Shown here in pieces: positions 49,073 to 59,599 of a stretch of 64,000 nucleotides of DNA. Each line of letters opens with the position of its first letter. Within the stretch, counting starts at the first letter, position 1. The position numbers and the translations under genes are program-made. This DNA comes from Thermoplasmata archaeon (GTDB lineage: Archaea > Thermoplasmatota > Thermoplasmata > Lutacidiplasmatales > UBA184): the NCBI GenBank assembly GCA_021826685.1, contig JAKAYT010000003.1, forward strand, positions 7,980 through 71,979, read 5' to 3'. The notes beneath the pieces are model-generated. The model did no database searches and was not told the DNA's origin. It saw only the letters and a list, made by a program, of their open reading frames with translations.

Positions 49073-49636
49073 ATGGAGCCATCGATCCGCAGGGCCATCG
49101 AGCGCGTGCGAGACGGAGGGTTGGTGGTCTACCCGACCGACACGCTCTACGGGATTGCAGCCGATGCGACCAACGTCGAGGCGGTCGAAGCGTTGATCCG
49201 TCTCAAGGGGAGGGCCGGGAGCCAACCGATCTCGATCGCCGTCTCCTCGACGGAAGAGATCGAACCTCTCGCCGAACTGGGCGAAGAGGCGCGATCCTAC
49301 GCGCGGACGCATCTCCCGGGCCCGTACACCCTCCTCGCCCGACCTTCGGATCGCGCGCGCCGGGAACTGGCAGCGGCGGTCGTCGGCGATAACCCGACGA
49401 TCGGGATTCGGATCCCGGACCATCCCCTCGCCCGCGAGCTCGCCCGGGTCATCGGGCCAATCACGGCCACCAGCGCCAATCCCCACGGATCCCCTCCGGT
49501 CCGATCGCTCGACGAAGCGCGCACGCACTTTCGAAATAGCGTGGGGTACCTCGACGGAGGCCCTCGTCCTTCGGGACACCCGTCCACGCTGATGGACGTC
49601 GCGGGCCCCCTCCCCCGCCCGCGATCTCGCCTCTGA
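49073..49636 (+). CDS. L-threonylcarbamoyladenylate synthase (YrdC domain only)
   Basis: YPTDTLYG, LKGR, PGPYT, GIRIPDH, TSAN. Confidence 0.93.
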   Translation: MEPSIRRAIERVRDGGLVVYPTDTLYGIAADATNVEAVEALIRLKGRAGSQPISIAVSSTEEIEPLAELGEEARSYARTHLPGPYTLLARPSDRARRELAAAVVGDNPTIGIRIPDHPLARELARVIGPITATSANPHGSPPVRSLDEARTHFRNSVGYLDGGPRPSGHPSTLMDVAGPLPRPRSRL

Positions 49637-49642
49637 GGGACC

Positions 49643-50524
49643 TTGACCCCGTACCCCGCCGACCTCGACCGGTGGCGGACCGCGGCCCGGATCTCCGCCC
49701 GCGCCCGCGACCTCGGCGTTCGCTCCATCGCCCCCGGGGTCGAACGACGCGCGGTGGCCGACAAGATCGAGTCGTTCATCCGCTCGCAGGGCGCCGAGCC
49801 CGCGTTCCCCGCCAACCTCTCCCGGAACGTGGAAGCAGCTCACTACACCCCATCGATCGATGACACCGTGACCTTCGACGAGGGGGACCTCGTGAAGGTC
49901 GACGTGGGAGCCCATATCGAGGGCGCGATCGCAGACACCGCCGAGACCGTCGAGGTTGGAGGGACTCGGAAGCACGAGAACCTGAAGCGGGCCGCCGACG
50001 AAGCGGTCATGGCCGCAATCGCGCAGGTTCGGCCGGGCGGGGCCATCGACGACGTCAGCCGAGCCATCGAGACGACGATCCATGCGCGTGGGTTTCGACC
50101 GATCCAGGATCTTACGGGCCACAAGATTGATCGCTACCTGCTCCACGCCCACAAGTCCATCCCGAACGTGGGAGGAATGACCGGAGAACGGTTCGAGGAG
50201 GGCGAGATCATCGCGATCGAGCCCTTCGCAACGAACGGCATCGGGCACATCGATAACGGGCCCTTCGGCAACATCCAGCGATTTCGCCGGGATCCGGGGA
50301 ACTCGGATCCGGTGCTCGCCCGCCTCTTCGCGCGGTTTCGAACGTTGCCGTTCACTGCGCGGTGGTGCGCCGAACCCGCCGAGCAAGAAGCGCTCCATAG
50401 AGCGCGCAAGCACCTGCAATTGTATCCGGTCTTCCTCGAGCGGGCCGGGGGCATCGTCGCCCAAGCGGAGCACACGATCCTCGTAGGACCGAATCGGGCC
50501 GAGATCCTGACGGCGCGAGACTAA
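49643..50524 (+). CDS. map: Methionine aminopeptidase type II
   Basis: AFP, AAHY, KVDVGAH..IADTA, LTGH, AIEPF, AQAEHT. Confidence 0.96.
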   Translation: MTPYPADLDRWRTAARISARARDLGVRSIAPGVERRAVADKIESFIRSQGAEPAFPANLSRNVEAAHYTPSIDDTVTFDEGDLVKVDVGAHIEGAIADTAETVEVGGTRKHENLKRAADEAVMAAIAQVRPGGAIDDVSRAIETTIHARGFRPIQDLTGHKIDRYLLHAHKSIPNVGGMTGERFEEGEIIAIEPFATNGIGHIDNGPFGNIQRFRRDPGNSDPVLARLFARFRTLPFTARWCAEPAEQEALHRARKHLQLYPVFLERAGGIVAQAEHTILVGPNRAEILTARD

Positions 50525-50534
50525 CGCGCCGCCC

Positions 50535-51680
50535 TCAGGCGCGAGGCCGCTGGAACTCCGCGCGCGCGATCGTCGCCCCTTTCGTCATCGCCTCGAGCTT
50601 GGCGTACGCGACGTCGAGCGAGCGGGTGCGCAGCCCGCAATCCGGGTTGACCCAGATTCGACGGGGGTCTTCGAGGACCTTCACCGCCCGGCGGATCCGG
50701 TCGGCGACGAGTTCGGGGGTTTCGAGGTCGTCGCGATGGACGTCCGTGACGCCGAGCCCGACCTCGCGCGTGTCGCCGTACTCGCGCAGAACGTTCAGAA
50801 CCTCGTAGCCATCGCGACCGTCCCGGTCGCGGTTCGCGAACTCCCAGGCCCATTGTCGGCACCGCTTCGCCTCGAGCAGCCCGGGAAACAGGTTCCGGTA
50901 GTCGCTGAAGCAGATGTGCATCGTGAATTCGCCGTCGAGCCCGTCGGTGGCGATGTTGAACGCTTCCGCGACCAGATCTCCTTGGCCGGGATGCGTTCCG
51001 GCGGCCGGTTCGTCGATCTGGATGACGCGGCACCCTCGCTCGATGAGCGCTTGGATCGTCGGGCGGAGCGCGTGGCGCGCGATCTCACCGACAAACTCGC
51101 GTTGGGCCTCGCGGCGTGCGGTGCGCCCCTTCCAACCGGGGTGACGGCCCAGATAGAATTCGTTGTACGACCAGTCCGCCAGCGTGTAGGCTCCCGTGAT
51201 CGGCAGCTTCGGCTCGCCGACCGCGTGCGCCCTCACGAAGTCGAACTCGTCGAGATGGTACGGCGCCACGAGACGGACCTCGCCGGTGCTTGCCGCCTTG
51301 AGATAGTACTTGTTGTCGAACGAGCGGACGTGGCCGACAAACTGGAACCCCCGCATCTGTCGGATCGGGTACTCGTACATCTCAATCCGTCGGGCTTCGC
51401 CGTCGTACACGCGCGAGAGTCCGGCGTGTTCGAGCAATCGTAGGGCGAACACCGCCCCGAGGTCTCGGACGGCGTCGGGCCTCGCCTCGCGAGGGCGAGC
51501 GCTGCGCAGCGCCTTCGCGACCTCCTCGAATCCGCGGGTGAACGAGAGCCGGCGGTCCCACGTGTCGAAATCCGCGCGGGCCCGGTCATCTAGCGGAATG
51601 CCCCGCTGGCCCAGGAGCTGCCAGCGGGGCTTCATCAAGCTCCCGATCTCCTGGCCCGGAAAGAGGGGTCGTTCGCTCAC
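50535..51680 (-). CDS. Cobalamin-independent methionine synthase, catalytic (C-terminal) half
   Basis: GTGA-coupled; IQIDEP, HIC, WEF, GLGVTDVH, NPDCGL. Confidence 0.92.
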   Translation of the reverse strand: MSERPLFPGQEIGSLMKPRWQLLGQRGIPLDDRARADFDTWDRRLSFTRGFEEVAKALRSARPREARPDAVRDLGAVFALRLLEHAGLSRVYDGEARRIEMYEYPIRQMRGFQFVGHVRSFDNKYYLKAASTGEVRLVAPYHLDEFDFVRAHAVGEPKLPITGAYTLADWSYNEFYLGRHPGWKGRTARREAQREFVGEIARHALRPTIQALIERGCRVIQIDEPAAGTHPGQGDLVAEAFNIATDGLDGEFTMHICFSDYRNLFPGLLEAKRCRQWAWEFANRDRDGRDGYEVLNVLREYGDTREVGLGVTDVHRDDLETPELVADRIRRAVKVLEDPRRIWVNPDCGLRTRSLDVAYAKLEAMTKGATIARAEFQRPRA

Positions 51681-52657
51681 GAACGCCTTCCGTTCGCCGG
51701 GGTCAGGGCGGTCCGGGCGGCCGCGAGCACGTGGAGCTTCTTCGCCGCAGGTTCCGCGGGCAACAGATCGAGGGGAGCGCCGTTGCCGAGCCACACTTCG
51801 CGCGGCGAGCCCTGCTCCTGGAGTCGCCGGACGATTCGAACGATCTCCCCCGGATCCTCGCTCAACGTCGTGCGGGGATCGATGACCCCCAGCCCGAGGG
51901 CGCGGCCTCTGAGGTCGATTTCGAACGACGCGGGGTCGGTCTCGGCCAGATCGACGCCGATGACGGAGACCGGGAGGCGAGCGAGCACGGAAACGGCGGG
52001 CGCGGCGTCCCCGAAGTACGTCCACACGATCGAGGTCGAGTCGCCGGCCGCATCGTGGATCGCCCGATAGGCTTCCACCGTGGACTCCGCGGACGGGCCC
52101 GTCGGGGTCCGGGTCACCAAGAGCGGTTCGGCCCACTCGAAGGACCGATAACCGAGCCCGCGGAGTTCGCGAACCTCCTCGGCGAGCAATCGTCCCAGGC
52201 GGTGGGTGAGCGCCTGCGGGGCTTCTCCCGAGCGGTTGTCGAGGAGGCCGGCCAGGGTGTACGGTCCCGGAAGGATCACGAGAGCGCGGGCGGCTCCCTC
52301 TCCCCGAAGCGGGAGCGGCAGCCGAGAGGCGATCGCGCCCGGAGTTCGCTCGGGGGGCGCGTGAAGGATCGGTTGTCGGTAGAAGGTGTTCGTTTCGAAC
52401 CAGCGCGTGATCGGACCGACGGCAAACCCGCCCCAGCTCTCGGAGATCGGGCGAAACAGATCGGCCCAGCGCAGGTATCCGGCGGTGCATCGATCGGTGC
52501 CCAGACGTCGCTCGAGGTCAACGACCTCGATCTCGGTCCGCGCGTAGATCTCCTCGACGGCCTCCGGGCTCTGGCGACCGCGGTCGAGGTCGCGCGTCGC
52601 CCGGACAAGCTCCTCGGACCGTGGGAAGGGCCCGGTGAGGGTGATGCGGATCTCCAC
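51677..52657 (-). CDS. MetE N-terminal-like half of split methionine synthase
   Basis: GPFPR, RWADLF, TRWFETNTFYRQP, LPGPYTLA, WTYFG. Confidence 0.88.
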   Translation of the reverse strand: MEIRITLTGPFPRSEELVRATRDLDRGRQSPEAVEEIYARTEIEVVDLERRLGTDRCTAGYLRWADLFRPISESWGGFAVGPITRWFETNTFYRQPILHAPPERTPGAIASRLPLPLRGEGAARALVILPGPYTLAGLLDNRSGEAPQALTHRLGRLLAEEVRELRGLGYRSFEWAEPLLVTRTPTGPSAESTVEAYRAIHDAAGDSTSIVWTYFGDAAPAVSVLARLPVSVIGVDLAETDPASFEIDLRGRALGLGVIDPRTTLSEDPGEIVRIVRRLQEQGSPREVWLGNGAPLDLLPAEPAAKKLHVLAAARTALTPANGRRS

Positions 52658-52970
52658 AGGGCGTTCGACCCGGGTTCGCGCTTAACAGTAACGTGACTCG
52701 GACGCTGTGCGAAGTGAGAAACGCGGTTGCACGTGAGGTAACGAAGGCCGACGCTTCCTTTCCCGTCTCTCGCGGACGACGATGGCCGGAATCTCCACGA
52801 GGATGCCCGGTTCCTCCGCGGGCCCACCTCCCATCCGATGGTCGGGATCTCGGCGGCCTTCACGAGCGTTCGAGGACCCGGCGCGTATCCGGTCCGACGA
52901 ACGCCGGACGCGAGCCGGATCCCGGGAGCCGCTAGTGCGGTGCAGATAACCCTCTCGAACCTCAGGAAAG

Positions 52971-52984
52971 TCGTCAATTGACGA
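52971..52984. promoter_or_regulatory. Perfect 14-bp palindrome upstream of the malic enzyme promoter
   Basis: TCGTCAATTGACGA; TTAATAA at 53011-53017. Confidence 0.5.
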
Positions 52985-53044
52985 ACCTTCCCTTCGTCTC
53001 GTACGAAGTGTTAATAACGACCGGTCTCGATGGGCGCGCGTCCT

Positions 53045-54469
53045 ATGGTTCAGGCGACGAGCCCGTCCGCCGAACCGCCCCGAGGTTCTCGACCTCGGGC
53101 GGTTCTCGGCGCGGACGACGAAGCGCGTACCGATGCGCTGGGGGAACGAGCGCTGGCGCTCGCTCGGTTCTACCAAGGCAAAATCGAAACCGTCCCCAAA
53201 GTACCGGTCCGCTCGCTCGCCGACTTCTCCGTATGGTACACCCCCGGCATCGCCCAGGTCTCCCGCGCGATCGAGAAGGACCCGGACCTCTCGTTCGAGC
53301 TCACCGGGCGATGGAATACGATCGCGATCATTACGGACGGTAGCCGGGTGCTCGGCCTCGGAGATGTCGGACCGGCCGCGGCGATGCCGGTCATGGAGGG
53401 AAAAGCGCTCCTCTTCCGGTACTTGGGGGGCGTCAACGCGATCCCGGTGCCGATTGCCATCGATACGGACGAGGAGTTCATCGACACGGTGATACGGCTC
53501 TCCCCCGCCTTCGGCGGGATCAACCTCGAGGACGTCGCCTCTCCGAAATGCTTCCGCATCCTCGGCGAGCTCCAGCGCCGGCTTCCGATCCCGGTCTGGC
53601 ACGACGACCAGCTCGGTACTGCGGCCGCAACGATTGGCGGGCTCCTCAATGCGCTCACGCTCACCGATCGTGACATCCGGACCACGCGCACCGTGCTCCT
53701 CGGCGCCGGCGCGGCGAACATCGCGACCGCCCGGCTCCTCCTGTCTCTCGGCCAGGATCCTCATCAGCTCACCCTCGTCGATCAGAAAGGAATCCTCTTC
53801 GCTGAACGCGACGATGTGGACAGCCTCTCGCTGCGCAATACGTGGAAGTACCATCTGGCCCTGTCCACCAACGGCGGCGGCCGCCGCGGGGGTCTGGCGG
53901 AAGCCCTCAAGGACGCGGACGTCCTCCTCGCCGCCTCACGGCCCGACCCGACGATGATCTCGCCCGCGGCCATCCGATCCATGGCGGCCAAGCCGATCGT
54001 GTTCGCGCTCGCGAACCCGGTGCCCGAGATCTGGCCGGACCAGGCTCGAGCCGCGGGAGCCGCCATCGTAGCCACCGGCCGGAGCGATTTTCCCAACCAG
54101 GTGAACAATTCGCTCGTCTTCCCCGGTGTGTTCCGGGGCGTTCTCGACGCTCGAGCCCGCTCGATCCCCGACGATATCGTGATCGCGGCGGCCCGCGAGC
54201 TCGCAGCCCATGCCGACGACCAGGGCCTCACCCCGGACCACATCCTCCCCACGATGGAGGAAGTCGGAATCTTCCCGCATATCGCGGCCGCCACCGCCGA
54301 GACCGCGGTGCGTCTGGGCATCGCTCGCGCGAAGCGTACTCGCGAAGAGTTCTACGCGCGGGCCCTCGAGATCATGCAGCACTCGGTCCGCCTCGCGACC
54401 CGCCTGCGCGAGGAGGGTCTCACGCTCCCGATGCCGGACGAACCCTCGGGAGGAAACGGAACACCATGA
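53045..54469 (+). CDS. NAD(P)-dependent malic enzyme
   Basis: YTPG, VLGLGDVG, VMEGK, INLED, HDDQ, GAGAA, ANPVPE, NQVNN. Confidence 0.96.
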   Translation: MVQATSPSAEPPRGSRPRAVLGADDEARTDALGERALALARFYQGKIETVPKVPVRSLADFSVWYTPGIAQVSRAIEKDPDLSFELTGRWNTIAIITDGSRVLGLGDVGPAAAMPVMEGKALLFRYLGGVNAIPVPIAIDTDEEFIDTVIRLSPAFGGINLEDVASPKCFRILGELQRRLPIPVWHDDQLGTAAATIGGLLNALTLTDRDIRTTRTVLLGAGAANIATARLLLSLGQDPHQLTLVDQKGILFAERDDVDSLSLRNTWKYHLALSTNGGGRRGGLAEALKDADVLLAASRPDPTMISPAAIRSMAAKPIVFALANPVPEIWPDQARAAGAAIVATGRSDFPNQVNNSLVFPGVFRGVLDARARSIPDDIVIAAARELAAHADDQGLTPDHILPTMEEVGIFPHIAAATAETAVRLGIARAKRTREEFYARALEIMQHSVRLATRLREEGLTLPMPDEPSGGNGTP

Positions 54470-55014
54470 GTCATTCACCGCACGCGCCGAAGGAGCCGAA
54501 GGGACACGAAGCCGGACCCAGCGCCAGCGCGGGCCTCCCCGTTCACCTGCGGACGGCCGTGCTCGACGACGTACCCGCGCTCGTGCCGCTCGTTCTCCGT
54601 CTCAAGAGCCTCAACGAGGAGTTCGACCCGCTCCTCAAGGTACGCAAGGACGCCGAGAAGATGGCGGCGGAGATCCTCACGCGCGACATCAAGGACCCGG
54701 AGGCGATCGTCCTCGCGACCGAAGGGGTCGGGGCCGACAAGGACCGTATCGTGGGAGTCGTTCGCGCCCGGATCCGCGAACGCCCCTTCTACACCCCCGA
54801 GCGCGAGGGCGTGATCCTCGACATCTATCTGCTCCCGCTCTACCGCCGGCACGGCGTGGGGGAGTATCTCCTCGAGGAGATCACCAAGCTCGTGAAGGAG
54901 AAGGGCGCGGGCGTGCTCACGGCCGAGTTCCCGCTCCAAAACCACATCGCGGCGAGCTTCTACAACAAGCGCGGTTTCCGCCCGACGACGGGTCTGTACT
55001 CCCGACCCCTATAG
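54466..55014 (+). CDS. GNAT family acetyltransferase
   Basis: ATGA-coupled; YRRHGVGEYL, NHIAASFYNKRGF. Confidence 0.92.
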   Translation: MSHSPHAPKEPKGHEAGPSASAGLPVHLRTAVLDDVPALVPLVLRLKSLNEEFDPLLKVRKDAEKMAAEILTRDIKDPEAIVLATEGVGADKDRIVGVVRARIRERPFYTPEREGVILDIYLLPLYRRHGVGEYLLEEITKLVKEKGAGVLTAEFPLQNHIAASFYNKRGFRPTTGLYSRPL

Positions 55015-55051
55015 GCCCGCCGACCGCCGACCTTATGGCTCCCGACCCTCC

Positions 55052-56014
55052 ATGGCGGGTATGTCGTCCGCCGCGCCGCCCCAGTACCTGCGTCGGGGCA
55101 AGGTGAAGGAAGTCTACGCGATCAGTCCTACCGAACTCGAGTTCCGATTCACCAACGACATCAGCGTCTTCGACAAGCACATCCCGAGCGAGATCCCGTA
55201 CAAGGGCGAGAGCCTCGCGGGTACGGCCGAGTTCTGGTTCCGCCTCTGCTCGAAGATCGGCGTGCATCACCACTTCATCGGCCAGAGCGGACCGACGCGC
55301 ATGCGCGTGCGGCGGGTCCAGGTCGTGCCGGATCCGCGGAGCCTCGGACCCTCCCCGAAGAACTTCCTCGTTCCGCTCGAGCTGATCGTGCGCTACTACC
55401 TTGCCGGATCGATGTGGGACCGCGTGAAAGCCGGGAAAGTCCACGCCGCCGACCTCGGGTTCCCCTCGGGCAAGGAGTTGCGCTACGGCGAACAGCTCCC
55501 CGATCCCCATTTCGAGGTCACGACGAAACTCGAGCCGGTCGACCGCCTCCTGACAATCGAGGAAGCGCTCCGACTCTCCACGCTCGACCGAGCGACCTTG
55601 GACGGGATGCGCGAGACGATCCTCAAGATCGACGAGGCGATGCAGAAGGAGATCGCGCCGCGGGGCCTTCTCCACGTCGATGGCAAGAAGGAGTTCGCGA
55701 TCGACGCGGAAGGAGTGCCGATGGTCGTCGACACGTTCGGCACCGCCGACGAGGACCGGTTCTGGGACAAGGACGCGTATGAACGGGGTCGGCCGGTCGA
55801 GTTCTCCAAGGAGTTCGTCCGGCAACACTACCGCTCGATCGGCTACTACGATGCCCTCATGGACGCCCGAAAGAACGGAACCCCCGAGCCGGACATCCCG
55901 CCGCTGCCGCCGCTCCTGATCGACGAGGTGAGCCGGCTCTACACCACGGTCTACACCCGGCTCACGGGACGCCCGTTCGTGCCGGCGACCGGCGCCCCTA
56001 CGTCCGCCGGCTAA
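55052..56014 (+). CDS. purC: SAICAR synthetase
   Basis: GKVKEVY, ISVFD, PLELIVR, TTK, DGKKEF, DEDRFW, SKEFVR. Confidence 0.96.
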   Translation: MAGMSSAAPPQYLRRGKVKEVYAISPTELEFRFTNDISVFDKHIPSEIPYKGESLAGTAEFWFRLCSKIGVHHHFIGQSGPTRMRVRRVQVVPDPRSLGPSPKNFLVPLELIVRYYLAGSMWDRVKAGKVHAADLGFPSGKELRYGEQLPDPHFEVTTKLEPVDRLLTIEEALRLSTLDRATLDGMRETILKIDEAMQKEIAPRGLLHVDGKKEFAIDAEGVPMVVDTFGTADEDRFWDKDAYERGRPVEFSKEFVRQHYRSIGYYDALMDARKNGTPEPDIPPLPPLLIDEVSRLYTTVYTRLTGRPFVPATGAPTSAG

Positions 56015-56080
56015 GGGCGGAACCCACCGTTTCGCGACCTCTCCCCCACTCTTATCTCTCCCGGTCGCGGTCGGTCCACC

Positions 56081-57076
56081 GTGCCAACGAAGACCGTCTC
56101 CAAGACCGCCCCTCCCGGCGCTGCGCCGGCGGCCCCCGTGCCGTTCGATCTCGAGGACCTCGAAGGCGTGGGAACGACGACCGCGGACAAGCTCCGCGAG
56201 GCCGGTTACACGGACCTCATGGAGCTCGCAGTCGCGAGCCCGAGCGACATCGCGGAGGCCGCCGAGGTCGGTGTCGCACTCGCCCAGAAGATCGTCAACG
56301 AAGCCCGGCGTCGGGCCGACGTCGGAGGGTTCGAGAGCGGCACGACCGTCCTCGAGCGCCGGCAAAAGCTCGGGCGGATCACGACGCACTCGAAGGCGCT
56401 CGACGAGCTCCTCGGCGGCGGCGTGGAAACGCAGGCGATCACCGAGTTCAGCGGGGAGTTCGGCACGGGCAAGACCCAGCTCGGCCACCAGATCGCGGTC
56501 GATGTACAGCTTCCCCCGGCGCAGGGGGGGCTCGAAGGCGAGGTTGTCTACATCGATACGGAGAGCACGTTCCGGCCCGAACGCATCGTCGACATGAGCC
56601 GGGCGGCGGGAATCGACCCGAACGAAGCGCTCAACCGCATCCACGTCGCGCGCGCGTTCAACTCAAACCACCAGATGCTCCTCGTCCAGAAGGCGCAGGA
56701 GCTCGCGCGGGAGCGCCCGATCCGCCTGGTCGTCGTCGACTCGTTGACGGCGCACTTCCGGTCGGAGTACGTGGGCCGCGGCGAGCTCGCCCCGCGCCAG
56801 CAGATGCTCAACAAGCACCTCCACGAACTCCTTCGGTTCTCCGACACCTACAACGCATCCATCGTGGTCACGAACCAGGTCAGCTCCCGGCCGGACGTCC
56901 TCTTCGGCGACCCCACCCGCCCGATCGGCGGGAACATCGTCGCGCACGCGGCGACGTACCGGGTCTATCTGCGCAAGTCGAAGCCCCCGAAGCGGATCGC
57001 CCGGCTGATCGACTCGCCGAACCTCCCGGAAGGGGAGGCCGTGTTCTCGCTGACGGGCGAGGGAATCCGGGATTGA
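56081..57076 (+). CDS. radA: DNA repair and recombination protein RadA
   Basis: N-terminal Hh[32 protein letters not shown]. Confidence 0.98.
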   Translation: MPTKTVSKTAPPGAAPAAPVPFDLEDLEGVGTTTADKLREAGYTDLMELAVASPSDIAEAAEVGVALAQKIVNEARRRADVGGFESGTTVLERRQKLGRITTHSKALDELLGGGVETQAITEFSGEFGTGKTQLGHQIAVDVQLPPAQGGLEGEVVYIDTESTFRPERIVDMSRAAGIDPNEALNRIHVARAFNSNHQMLLVQKAQELARERPIRLVVVDSLTAHFRSEYVGRGELAPRQQMLNKHLHELLRFSDTYNASIVVTNQVSSRPDVLFGDPTRPIGGNIVAHAATYRVYLRKSKPPKRIARLIDSPNLPEGEAVFSLTGEGIRD

Positions 57077-57080
57077 CGGG

Positions 57081-57701
57081 CTACGGGGCGCGTCGGACGG
57101 CGACGGCCTTGAGGTACAGATAGACCCGGATCCCGGGCGCCAGTCTCAGGCGGTCGACCGAGGCGCCCGTGAGCGCTACACGCACCGGTCGCCCTCGCCA
57201 GCGAGCGGTCAGAGTGGCCCGGCCCGAGGGCCGGCGCACGAGGGCGACGATCTCGGCCGGAAGTACGTTCCGCGCGCTCGATTCGAAACGGCCCCGCGCC
57301 ACGAACACCATCTCCGGGTCGATCTCGACCCGGACCCGTTCCCGGTCCTTGGCACGGAACGCGACCTCGAGGTGCGCTCCTCGCCCGAGGTCGACGCTCG
57401 CGGGAGAGCCCACATGATAGGTCCCGGACCAATGCTGTCTCACCCTCCGGGAGGAGGGAGCCGCGGCGGTCCGGGCCAAGCGCAGTCCCAGCGGAGTGAG
57501 GCGCGTCGATCCTGCCTGCGGCCCGCCCCGCTCTCCCCGCGCCACCGGAGCTCCGTAGAGTCGGCGCAGGCGCTGGAGGCGGTACACGGCCCGGTCCCGC
57601 CCGATGCCGACCCGGCGGGCCGCCCTCACGAGGTTCGGTACGCGTCGGAGCGCCGCCAGCAGCCGTCGGTCCGTAGGCGTCAGCCACCGTTCCGCGCTCA
57701 T
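57081..57701 (-). CDS. ModE-like regulator (wHTH + TOBE)
   Basis: NLVRAARRVGI..ERGG..TRLTPLG; SSARNVL..LKA TOBE; ATGA-coupled. Confidence 0.85.
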   Translation of the reverse strand: MSAERWLTPTDRRLLAALRRVPNLVRAARRVGIGRDRAVYRLQRLRRLYGAPVARGERGGPQAGSTRLTPLGLRLARTAAAPSSRRVRQHWSGTYHVGSPASVDLGRGAHLEVAFRAKDRERVRVEIDPEMVFVARGRFESSARNVLPAEIVALVRRPSGRATLTARWRGRPVRVALTGASVDRLRLAPGIRVYLYLKAVAVRRAP

Positions 57702-58729
57702 CCGGCCGGACCGCTCGAGCCCTCGAGCGGCTTCACCTTGCCAAGGTCGATCCCTACTCCAACCACGGCACCGGGTCGGACCGAAGGAGCGTCGTGGGCG
57801 CCGAGCACGTGGAGTCGGAGCGACCCCAGTTCGAGGTCGATCGACCAGGCTGCCGAGCTCCATCGAACGGACCGCACGCGGGCCGAGGTGTCGCCCACCC
57901 ATCGTTCTACGCTCCAACGGAGCGCTTCCGTCGGGACCACCAGGCCTCCCGGACCTGCGGCGCGTGCGAGGGCGGCGCCGAGCGGAAGGTCCGACACGGC
58001 CGCCAGCTCGTGGGGGGCGTAGAGGTTCTCGTACCCGAGGAAGCGCGCGGTGAATCGGTTGAGGGGACCCCGCGCCAGTTCCTCGGGCCGACCCTGGAAG
58101 CGGACCCGCCCCTCGTCCAGGACGACGAGCCGGGAGCCGAGGGAGAGCGCGGTCGTCGGGTCGTGAGTGACGAGCAGGAGCGGGAGCCCCTCGCGCTCGA
58201 TAAGCTCGCGGACGAGGCGGAGGAGCACGTCCCGGCTCTCGACATCCAACGCGCTCAGCGGCTCGTCCCAGAGGAGAAACCGGGGATGCGCGGCGAGCGC
58301 GCGGGCCATCGCGACGCGCTGCTGCTGCCCGGAGCTGAGTTCGTGAGGATAGCGGTGCGCGAGCGGAACGAGATCGAACCGTTCCATCCACCGGCGCGCT
58401 TGGGCGGACGCATCGCTCGCGCCCGCGATCTCGAGCGGGTAGCTCACGTTCCGCGCGACCCGGCGGTGCGGGAAGAGGCCCAGGCTCGGCGGCACGAACC
58501 CGAACCCACGACGCTCGGGGGGCTCGCGGTCCACCGGGACCCCGTCCACCTCGACGGAACCCTCGCGCAGACCGAGGAATCCGGCGATCGCCCGTAAGAG
58601 GGTGGTCTTGCCGGCCCCGGAAGGCCCGAGGAGGATCGCGGCGGTCCCTCCCTCGATCGCGAGGTCAATCGGCCCGAGCCGGAACCCGCCGCGCTCGACC
58701 TCGAGGTTCCGGACGGTGACCCCCGTCAC
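57698..58729 (-). CDS. wtpC: Tungstate/molybdate ABC transporter ATP-binding protein
   Basis: GPSGAGKT, LSSGQ, DEP, VTH. Confidence 0.85.
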   Translation of the reverse strand: MTGVTVRNLEVERGGFRLGPIDLAIEGGTAAILLGPSGAGKTTLLRAIAGFLGLREGSVEVDGVPVDREPPERRGFGFVPPSLGLFPHRRVARNVSYPLEIAGASDASAQARRWMERFDLVPLAHRYPHELSSGQQQRVAMARALAAHPRFLLWDEPLSALDVESRDVLLRLVRELIEREGLPLLLVTHDPTTALSLGSRLVVLDEGRVRFQGRPEELARGPLNRFTARFLGYENLYAPHELAAVSDLPLGAALARAAGPGGLVVPTEALRWSVERWVGDTSARVRSVRWSSAAWSIDLELGSLRLHVLGAHDAPSVRPGAVVGVGIDLGKVKPLEGSSGPAG

Positions 58730-59577
58730 GATAGCCATCCCCCCCGGGGCGTGTAGAGCCCCGCCCGGTCGACGAGGCGCACGGCGAGGAAGATCGCGAG
58801 CGCGACCAGGACGAGGACGCAACTCGCCGCGGCGGCGGCCTCGAGGCCCCCCGAACTCTGATACAGATCGTAAATGTACACGGACGCCGGAGCGGTCGGC
58901 GGACCGAACCAGGGGGGGCTCGGCTCGATCGCGTACGCGAGGATCAGAAAGCCTCCGATTTCGCTGACCCCCCGAGCCCACATCAACAAGGCTCCGGTCG
59001 CGATCCCGCGCGCCGACTGTGGCAAGGTGACGGTGGCGAACGCCTCCCCTGGGCTCGCGCCCAGCGAGCGGGCCGTGTCGACCACCTCGGGATCGACCGC
59101 CCGAAAGGCGAGCTGGCTCGCCAGGACCACGTAGGAGGCGCCGACGTAGAGCATTACGAGGACCACCCCCCAGATGGCGTCGAAGACCGGGAGACCGAGT
59201 CCCGCCATGAACCGGCCCACCGGGCCGTCCGGAGCGAAGAGAAGGAGCAGCGCGATTCCGACAACCAGGTGAGGGATCACGACGGGGAGGAGCACCGCCG
59301 ACTCGACGAAGCTTCGACCCCGGAACCGGTAGCGGGCGAGCACGTAGCCGAGAGGCACGCCGGTCAGAAGGCCGAGGCCGACGGCGATCCCCGAGGCGAG
59401 GAGGGTGAACCGGATCGAAGTGAGGAACCCGTCGTTCGTCGCCTCTTGGACGAACCCGCTCCAGCCGACGTAGAGGAAGAGGACGACCAGCGGGAGGACG
59501 AAGAGGAGGATCAACGACGCCGATAGGACCGCGCCGACGAAGGAACCTACGGACCCTCGAGCGCTTGGAGCGACCAC
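58726..59577 (-). CDS. wtpB: Tungstate/molybdate ABC transporter permease
   Basis: LPVVIPHLVVG, ARSLGAS, WARGVSEIG. Confidence 0.87.
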   Translation of the reverse strand: MVAPSARGSVGSFVGAVLSASLILLFVLPLVVLFLYVGWSGFVQEATNDGFLTSIRFTLLASGIAVGLGLLTGVPLGYVLARYRFRGRSFVESAVLLPVVIPHLVVGIALLLLFAPDGPVGRFMAGLGLPVFDAIWGVVLVMLYVGASYVVLASQLAFRAVDPEVVDTARSLGASPGEAFATVTLPQSARGIATGALLMWARGVSEIGGFLILAYAIEPSPPWFGPPTAPASVYIYDLYQSSGGLEAAAAASCVLVLVALAIFLAVRLVDRAGLYTPRGGWLS

Positions 59578-59599
59578 GTTCTACCGTTCCGGGGGATCC

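Noticed and set aside
50535..52490. 651-aa single-chain MetE
   Set aside because: N-terminal part is an off-frame reading of the upstream gene; two GTGA-coupled genes fit better
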